Of a DNA stretch of 12,461 nt, positions 7,226-12,461 are shown in pieces. Position numbers and translations under genes: made by a program. The notes beneath the pieces are model-generated. The model was not told the DNA's origin. It made no database searches and worked only from the letters and a program-made list of their open reading frames with translations. Source of the stretch: a bacterium (GTDB lineage Bacteria; Zhuqueibacterota; Zhuqueibacteria; Zhuqueibacterales; Zhuqueibacteraceae); NCBI GenBank assembly GCA_044869275.1, contig JBIOXB010000035.1, forward strand, positions 1 to 12,461, in the 5' to 3' direction. The first letter of the stretch is position 1; each line of letters starts with the position of its first letter.

Positions 7226-7996
7226 TCAAATCATTAGACGCATAAGGTCCTGCGCAAGTTCTGCCTTTCCGTGAAAAAATTCGTGCGCCTGGGCAGCCGG
7301 ATCCGCGGCCAAACATGCGGGATAAAAATGCGTCAACAGCAGCTTCTTACACTGCGCCTCTGCGGCGATTTGTCCGGCTTGTCCGGCAGCCAAATGCGTG
7401 GGCATCTCCATCCCGTTCGGGAATGAGCATTCGCAAATAAACAAGTCTGCATGGCGCGCAAGTGCAATCACCTCCGGGCACGGACCGGTGTCACCGGTAT
7501 AAGCGAGGATTTTGCCCTCGCTTTCCAAACGATATCCATTCGCAGGAATGCCGTGTTGCATTGGCAACGTGCGCACGTGCCACGGGCCGGCTTCAAATTC
7601 TTCCTGCAAAACTTCACGCACCAGGATCGGCACAGGAATTTCATGCATCCAATCACCGTACAGACTGCTGAGGCCGTCAAAGAATTTTTGGAATCCCGGC
7701 GGGCCGAAGAGGTGCAATGGCCTATGCCCGCGGCGCTGGCCCTCGCCGTGCAACGCCCACAACAACGGCGGCAAATCTGCGACGTGATCGAGATGCTGGT
7801 GTGAAAACAGAATGGCGTCGATTTCAAGCAGCGGCAATCCCGCCGCCAGGGCGCGGCGAATCACGCCGTCGCCGCAATCCAACAACAGCAAGAAATTCTC
7901 GCGGCGCACGGCATAACCAGACATGCTGCGCTCGGGCAGAAACACACGCGTCCCGGAACCGAGAACGGCGATTTCGATATCCATGAATCGGCTCAA
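7226..7996 (-). CDS. RNase Z/BN-like MBL-fold hydrolase, 256 aa (TTG start overlapping the cutA stop, or ATG at 7984)
   Basis: VLGSGT, LLDCGDG, SHQHLDH (HxHxDH), FGPPG, YTGDTG, ECSFP, LLLTHFYP; short form without an obvious tRNA-binding arm. Confidence 0.85.
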   Translation of the reverse strand: MSRFMDIEIAVLGSGTRVFLPERSMSGYAVRRENFLLLLDCGDGVIRRALAAGLPLLEIDAILFSHQHLDHVADLPPLLWALHGEGQRRGHRPLHLFGPPGFQKFFDGLSSLYGDWMHEIPVPILVREVLQEEFEAGPWHVRTLPMQHGIPANGYRLESEGKILAYTGDTGPCPEVIALARHADLFICECSFPNGMEMPTHLAAGQAGQIAAEAQCKKLLLTHFYPACLAADPAAQAHEFFHGKAELAQDLMRLMI

Positions 7997-8352
7997 AAGG
8001 AGGGCTGGCCGGACAATTTGAGCCTCGGTTCGGTCTCTGCCGCCAGCCAGTGCAAATACTTTTCAGAGCCTTCCAGCACCGGCAGCGCGAGGATTTCCGG
8101 CACCTGGTAGGAATGATGGGCCTGCACCGCTTCCATCAGCTCGCGTAGCACCGGCTCAGTCGTTTTGAGGATGAGCAAAACTTCGTGCTGTTCGTCGATC
8201 TTGCCTTCCCACCAAAAAAAGGAGCGGATCTTTGGAACCAAATTGGCGCAGGCCGCCAATCTTTTTTCGACCAAAATGCGCGCGAGCTTTTCGGCTTCTT
8301 GCTCATGCGGCGCCGTCACCAAGACCACGCGGTAAACGTTTTTATTTTCCAC
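7993..8352 (-). CDS. cutA: Divalent-cation tolerance protein CutA, 119 aa
   Basis: VLVTAP..EAEKLARILVEKRLAACAN, SFFWWEGKI, EVLLILKT, HSYQVPEI; GTG start. Confidence 0.95.
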   Translation of the reverse strand: MENKNVYRVVLVTAPHEQEAEKLARILVEKRLAACANLVPKIRSFFWWEGKIDEQHEVLLILKTTEPVLRELMEAVQAHHSYQVPEILALPVLEGSEKYLHWLAAETEPRLKLSGQPSF

Positions 8353-8387
8353 GATTCTATTCTTCCATCTTGCTTTTTTTCCATTTC

Positions 8388-8416
8388 AGTATAGCTTACC
8401 TCTGTCAAAGAAGCAA
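8388..8416 (-). promoter_or_regulatory. Sigma70-type promoter for the cutA operon
   Basis: Minus strand TTGCTT (8416-8411), 17-nt spacer, TATACT (8393-8388), 35 nt upstream of the cutA GTG. Confidence 0.7.
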
Positions 8417-8513
8417 GGTCTACTTTGCCGGCGCACGGAACAACCTCACCAGTCAAGCGGTTAAAATTGCGCCTCGAGATGCCATCGCGGAAAGCAAAAA
8501 ACAGTTCAGGATC

Positions 8514-9407
8514 ATGCCAAAAACCAGCCATACTTTTTTGCTCGGATTCCTCTGGATAGGACATCTTACCACCCTTTCCGCGCAGAGCTTTGAGCACCCA
8601 GAAGACTCCACGGCAGCAAGCACTGGGGCACTCGTCATCTCCAGCGTTTCACCTGCCGACAGCACCCTCTCTGCAGCCGCGTTTTTGCGGGGAGAAACAA
8701 GAGAAGCTCGCCTGCAATGGCTGCGCCGGAAAGCCTTTGTGGAGAGCATCCTCTCGCAATCGGCGCACGACCTTTCCGATAGCGTGATGATGATGAGTTT
8801 CGCGCTCACCGCGGGCGCGCTGGCGCTTACGCCGGAACAACTAGCCCAAATTCCTCCCGCGACCGATCCCATTGGAGCGCGCCTGCAACAGGAAAACCTC
8901 GGCATCCCTTCTTTACTGAACGTGGGAAACTTGATCGGACAAGCCTTGAAATCTTTGGCCGGCCAGTCGGGCGGCGGGCAGAATCCCCCAGAGCTTTGGA
9001 CCGCGATTCCCACCGAAACCGAGGCGCGCGTGATGAATTCCCTGTGGGCTGCGCGCGCGGCGACTTCGTCTGAAGTCTATTCCCACCTCGACAGCGTTGC
9101 CCTAACCTTCAAAGATCTGCAAACCGTGCTCGACAACATGGTCGCGCGCGGATTAGTGGAGCGTGAGCAAATCTCTCCGAAAAGCGAATTCACGATCTTG
9201 GGCGCCTTCGCCATTGAAATGAGCCGAAAAAACGCCAAGAATCGTGAATATGTTTATCGCCCGCGAACGAGCCGGAGAATGTTTTATACTTTTGTGGACG
9301 CACTCGCTTTCTCGCGCCACTCCAGCTTGAAGTCAGAGGACATTGCGCTGCGTGATCATTTATCCAGACTGTTGATGCTGATGGCGCCCAACGGGCTTCA
9401 GAATTAG
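8514..9407 (+). CDS. Hypothetical protein, 297 aa: probable signal peptide, unknown middle region, C-terminal BlaI/MecI/CopY-like winged helix (start corrected from 8232)
   Basis: ATG at 8514 after CAGGATC; MPKTSHTFLLGFLWIGHLTTLSA|Q; C-terminal PTETEARVMNSLW..ATSSEVY..LQTVLDNMVARGLVERE..REYVYRPRTSR resembles the penicillinase repressor pattern. The 8232 start would overlap cutA. Confidence 0.7.
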   Translation: MPKTSHTFLLGFLWIGHLTTLSAQSFEHPEDSTAASTGALVISSVSPADSTLSAAAFLRGETREARLQWLRRKAFVESILSQSAHDLSDSVMMMSFALTAGALALTPEQLAQIPPATDPIGARLQQENLGIPSLLNVGNLIGQALKSLAGQSGGGQNPPELWTAIPTETEARVMNSLWAARAATSSEVYSHLDSVALTFKDLQTVLDNMVARGLVEREQISPKSEFTILGAFAIEMSRKNAKNREYVYRPRTSRRMFYTFVDALAFSRHSSLKSEDIALRDHLSRLLMLMAPNGLQN

Positions 9408-9591
9408 TGGCAGTACTTCTGCCAAATGCGCAAGCAGGACGGTCTGGGAGATGTTTCTCCAAAGGCTCGAGCCAAAACCGCCCGCGCGGTTGGCACCGCA
9501 TGCAAACTTGTGCTGGGGGTTTCCATCAATTTCCGTAAATACTGAGTTTAACTTAGGAGGTCCCGATCAGGGCTAAGGTTAAAGAAATTGC

Positions 9592-9634
9592 TTGATAATT
9601 ATGATTTGCCGATTTATGTTATGAATATTACAGT
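9592..9634 (+). promoter_or_regulatory. Candidate overlapping sigma70 promoters for the TonB-dependent receptor
   Basis: TTGATA (9592-9597)-N17-TATGTT (9615-9620) and TTGCCG (9606-9611)-N17-TACAGT (9629-9634) in an AT-rich patch. Confidence 0.5.
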
Positions 9635-9647
9635 GGTGTAAATATTC
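9623..9647 (+). promoter_or_regulatory. Palindromic putative operator GAATATTACA-GTGG-TGTAAATATTC
   Basis: Perfect TTACA-N4-TGTAA core (9628-9641) with outer GAATA/TATTC arms offset by one base; overlaps the candidate -10/+1 region. Confidence 0.5.
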
Positions 9648-9710
9648 CACTCGCGATTCCGTCATCCGGAATCAGCCTTAGTTCTTCATTAACAATGCGG
9701 AGGAGGAGTT

Positions 9711-12404
9711 ATGGCTAAGCAACGTGCGACCAGCTTATTGATCCTTTTCGCGCTCTTGGCGCCAGTGGCCGCAATGTCTCAAGTCTTGAACGGCACTGTG
9801 ACCAGCGAAGGGGAGCCCCTTGTTCAAGCAAATGTCGTGGTGCGAGGGACAAAGCAGGGGACTCTGACGGATGCGAACGGAAGATACACGCTTAGACTGG
9901 CGGCCGGAACATACGAAATTGCTTTCTCATATCTCGGTTATGCTACAAAAACTGAGACAATTTCGTTGAAAGAAAATGAAGAACGAGAACTGAACGTTGC
10001 TCTGCTGTCGCAGGCTCTGGAAAGCAAACAAGCTATCGTTGTCGTTGGGACCAGGGCCTACGCCAGAACCGTTACAGATTCTCCCTTGCCAATTGATATC
10101 GTTCCATTTCGAGAAATTGCTCGCACTGGGCAGAACTCCTTTGATAAAACTCTGCAATATCGCGTCCCCTCATTCAACACTGTCCAAACTCCTGTGAATG
10201 ATGCTACGGCATTGTTAGATCCTTGGGAAATCAGAAATATGGGAGTGAGTAGAACGCTCATTCTCATTAACGGTAAACGGAAAAATCTGAGCTCATTGGT
10301 GTACACCCAAACCTCACCCAGCCGCGGTGAAACAGGCGTCGATATATCGGCTATTCCAATGGATGCAATTGAGCGTGTGGAAATCTTGAGAGATGGCGCC
10401 TCCGCTCAATACGGATCAGATGCGATTGCCGGTGTCATAAACATCGTATTAAAAGACGACGCTCAAGGCGGATACCTCACCTTAAATACTGGCGTAACGC
10501 AAGAGGGCGACGGCGAGAGAGTTGGCGTATCTTTGAATAATGGCAGCTCCATTTTTGACAATAAGGGATTTGTAAACTACACGGTTGAGTTTTCAAGAGT
10601 CGATGAAGCGAGGCGTTCCGGTATTGTTGACGCTGCAGGCGATGCCGGAGACTTTGGGGCCAATATCAATGATGTCACGAATTTTCTGGCATATGATAAA
10701 TATGCAGGAAATAGAAACTCCTCACCCGCAACAACCGCCGGAAAATTCTTGATCAACACCGGCGTTAATCTTTCTGGAGCTACTGAATTGTACGGCAATG
10801 GCGCTTACTTCTATAAGAAAGTGAACTCGTTTGCAAACTACAGAACGCCGTATTGGAGAACGCTCGCAGATTTTCCATATTTAGCCGACTTTTTCCCGAA
10901 TGGACCCAATGGTTCTTATGTAGGGTATGTTCCAACATTTGACGGAGACCTCGTTGATTACAACGCCACGATCGGCCTCCGCTCAAAGGAAAGAGAATGG
11001 AGCTATGATGCCAGTCTGACGCTTGGGCATAACAGCCAAGATTACACGGTATTTAATTCCCACAATCGCTCCGCTGACACCACCGCAAATGGAGCACATG
11101 TTTATCAAGAGAACAGCCCAATCAATTTCAAGCCGGGCGGCACGAAATTCTCACATCAAGTTGGGAATATTGATATCTCAAGAGCCGTAACAGATAAACT
11201 GAGTGTTGGTTTGGGTACGGAATTTCGCAGTGAAACTTTTGAAATTACCGAAGGTGATCAAGCCTCTTGGGATGGACTGGGAGCCGACTCGTTTGCCGGG
11301 AATCGGCCGGAAAACTCTGGTCTCTTCAACCGTTATAATTTTGGCGGTTACTTTGACGCAAATCTTGACATCACGCCGAGTTTTCTGATCTCTGGCACGA
11401 TCCGAAATGAATATTACAGTGACTTCGGCAATGCCTTCGTATATAAGGTCAGTTCGCGGTACAAGGCTCTCAAAGATCGGCTCACTTTAAGGGGTTCCTA
11501 TTCCACCGGATTCAAGGCCCCGACACTGCATCAGATCTATACACAAAGGGTGCAATATAGCTTTGTGGCAGGGGGCGGAATTCAAGGTATTGGCTTGATA
11601 AACAATGTTTCTCCGCAAGCGAGAAAGTTGGGTGTTAAACCGCTGACTCCAGAGGAATCGAAAAACCTGACGTTGGGCTTTGGTGCAAGGGTTACGGACA
11701 ATCTCAATGTCACGTTTGACTATTACGATATTTCCATTACCGATAGAATTGTTATCAGCAATAGAGTCACGGTGTCCGACGGTAGTCAATTGGAGTTTTT
11801 TACGAACTCCATTGACACAAAAACTGCCGGTATTGACCTCGTTTTCGATTACACCAATATCAGTGTCGGTTCTGGCTCATTAGCTCTTTCACTTGCGGGA
11901 AATGTCAACCTGCAGAACGAGAGAGATGGCGCTATACCGCAAGTGAATGGAACGGATGTGATTGACGCGACACAAGAGGCCTTGTTCTTTACTTCCAGGC
12001 CCAAGCAGAAGTTCGTTCTCGGCGCGGCGTTTGACATGAAAAAGATGAACGTGTCCCTCAATGGCACTTATTTTGGCAAAACAGAGTTCAGACAGGCAGG
12101 CATGAGTTCAAATCTGAAGACCGTATTCGATGCAAAAGTTGTTACCGATTTAGCGGTTTCGTATGATATCGTTGGTAATATAAGCCTTGCCGCGAACATC
12201 AATAACATTTTGGATGTAACGCCAAAATGGAACTTTGAAGCGCTCAATGACGCGGGCACGGCGATTCTAAACAATCCTGCTCAAACACAGGTGCAAAGGA
12301 ACCTGATTACATTTAACGGACGTTACGACGTCATGACGTATGATGGTTTTCATTTCAGTCAGCTCGGCAGGATTTATAATTTAACCCTGGCTTACAAATT
12401 CTAG
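9711..12404 (+). CDS. TonB-dependent outer membrane receptor with N-terminal carboxypeptidase-regulatory-like domain, 897 aa
   Basis: Strong SD GGAGGAGGAG (9699-9708); signal peptide ending AAMS|Q; GTLTDANGRY..FSYLGY domain; TonB-box-like IVVVGTR; plug IERVEILRDGASAQYGSDAIAGVINIVLK; STGFKAPTL; NINNILD; C-terminal LAYKF. Confidence 0.96.
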   Translation: MAKQRATSLLILFALLAPVAAMSQVLNGTVTSEGEPLVQANVVVRGTKQGTLTDANGRYTLRLAAGTYEIAFSYLGYATKTETISLKENEERELNVALLSQALESKQAIVVVGTRAYARTVTDSPLPIDIVPFREIARTGQNSFDKTLQYRVPSFNTVQTPVNDATALLDPWEIRNMGVSRTLILINGKRKNLSSLVYTQTSPSRGETGVDISAIPMDAIERVEILRDGASAQYGSDAIAGVINIVLKDDAQGGYLTLNTGVTQEGDGERVGVSLNNGSSIFDNKGFVNYTVEFSRVDEARRSGIVDAAGDAGDFGANINDVTNFLAYDKYAGNRNSSPATTAGKFLINTGVNLSGATELYGNGAYFYKKVNSFANYRTPYWRTLADFPYLADFFPNGPNGSYVGYVPTFDGDLVDYNATIGLRSKEREWSYDASLTLGHNSQDYTVFNSHNRSADTTANGAHVYQENSPINFKPGGTKFSHQVGNIDISRAVTDKLSVGLGTEFRSETFEITEGDQASWDGLGADSFAGNRPENSGLFNRYNFGGYFDANLDITPSFLISGTIRNEYYSDFGNAFVYKVSSRYKALKDRLTLRGSYSTGFKAPTLHQIYTQRVQYSFVAGGGIQGIGLINNVSPQARKLGVKPLTPEESKNLTLGFGARVTDNLNVTFDYYDISITDRIVISNRVTVSDGSQLEFFTNSIDTKTAGIDLVFDYTNISVGSGSLALSLAGNVNLQNERDGAIPQVNGTDVIDATQEALFFTSRPKQKFVLGAAFDMKKMNVSLNGTYFGKTEFRQAGMSSNLKTVFDAKVVTDLAVSYDIVGNISLAANINNILDVTPKWNFEALNDAGTAILNNPAQTQVQRNLITFNGRYDVMTYDGFHFSQLGRIYNLTLAYKF

Positions 12405-12422
12405 CACACTTGGTGAGCCAGC

Positions 12423-12461
12423 AAAAAGCCGTCTGAAAAATCAGACGGCTTTTTTTTATTT
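12423..12461 (+). terminator. Intrinsic terminator, possibly bidirectional
   Basis: AAAAAGCCGTCTGA-AAAA-TCAGACGGCTTTTTTTT perfect stem with U tract, 18 nt after the receptor stop. Confidence 0.93.

Noticed and set aside
7191..7316. N-terminal extension of tonB
   Set aside because: Overlaps the MBL gene by 91 nt; the ATG at 7190 gives the typical short basic N-terminus before the anchor.
107..7996. The two MBL-fold genes as beta-lactamases paired with the BlaI-like gene, or as an anti-phage system
   Set aside because: Both lack signal peptides and carry RNase Z/phosphodiesterase-type motifs; no BlaR1, defence-associated genes or mobility genes are present.
8232..8513. 94-aa N-terminal extension of the plus-strand hypothetical protein
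   Set aside because: Overlaps cutA and its promoter on the opposite strand; the signal-peptide-like segment begins at 8514.
9408..9441. TGGCAG-TACTT-CTGCCA: GG-N10-GC spacing, followed by a CAGGACG at 9435-9441
   Set aside because: Poor match at -12 (CTGCC), and it is more simply a small hairpin right after the stop codon; one CAGGACG 270 nt from the start codon is not enough.
9490..9505. TTGGCACCGCATGCAA as a sigma54 promoter for the receptor
   Set aside because: GG to GC spacing is 8 nt, not the required 10.
9594..9612. Fur box-like GATAATTATGATTTGCCGA
   Set aside because: Only 10/19 matches to GATAATGATAATCATTATC, all in the left part, in an AT-rich region.
12428..12449. Terminator stem contains GCCGTCTGAA, identical to the Neisseria DNA uptake sequence, with a 9/10 inverted copy
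   Set aside because: I saw only one perfect copy in 12.5 kb, far sparser than expected for Neisseriaceae, and the gene content does not suggest that group; most likely coincidence in a GC-rich stem.

Overview
Gene-dense bacterial window with no mobile element, CRISPR array or RNA gene that I can see. On the minus strand there are three units. (1) A partner-switching operon: membrane HAMP-PP2C/SpoIIE phosphatase, RsbW-like kinase, STAS anti-anti-sigma factor and an MBL-fold hydrolase; no sigma factor gene is in the window. (2) A stand-alone OmpR/PhoB-family regulator with a degenerate receiver domain, a near-consensus sigma54 promoter, a leader with two CsrA-like CAGGACG repeats and its own terminator. 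(3) A cutA - RNase Z-like MBL - tonB - exbB - exbD operon with a clear sigma70 promoter and terminator. On the plus strand there is an unusual protein joining an apparent signal peptide to a BlaI/MecI/CopY-like winged helix, then a structured intergenic region with a TTACA-N4-TGTAA palindrome, then a lower-GC TonB-dependent receptor with a terminator. The best candidates for something undescribed are the signal-peptide/BlaI-like protein with its neighbouring palindrome and receptor, and the sigma54/CsrA-wired atypical regulator. All family calls come from motif recognition by eye; no searches were run.
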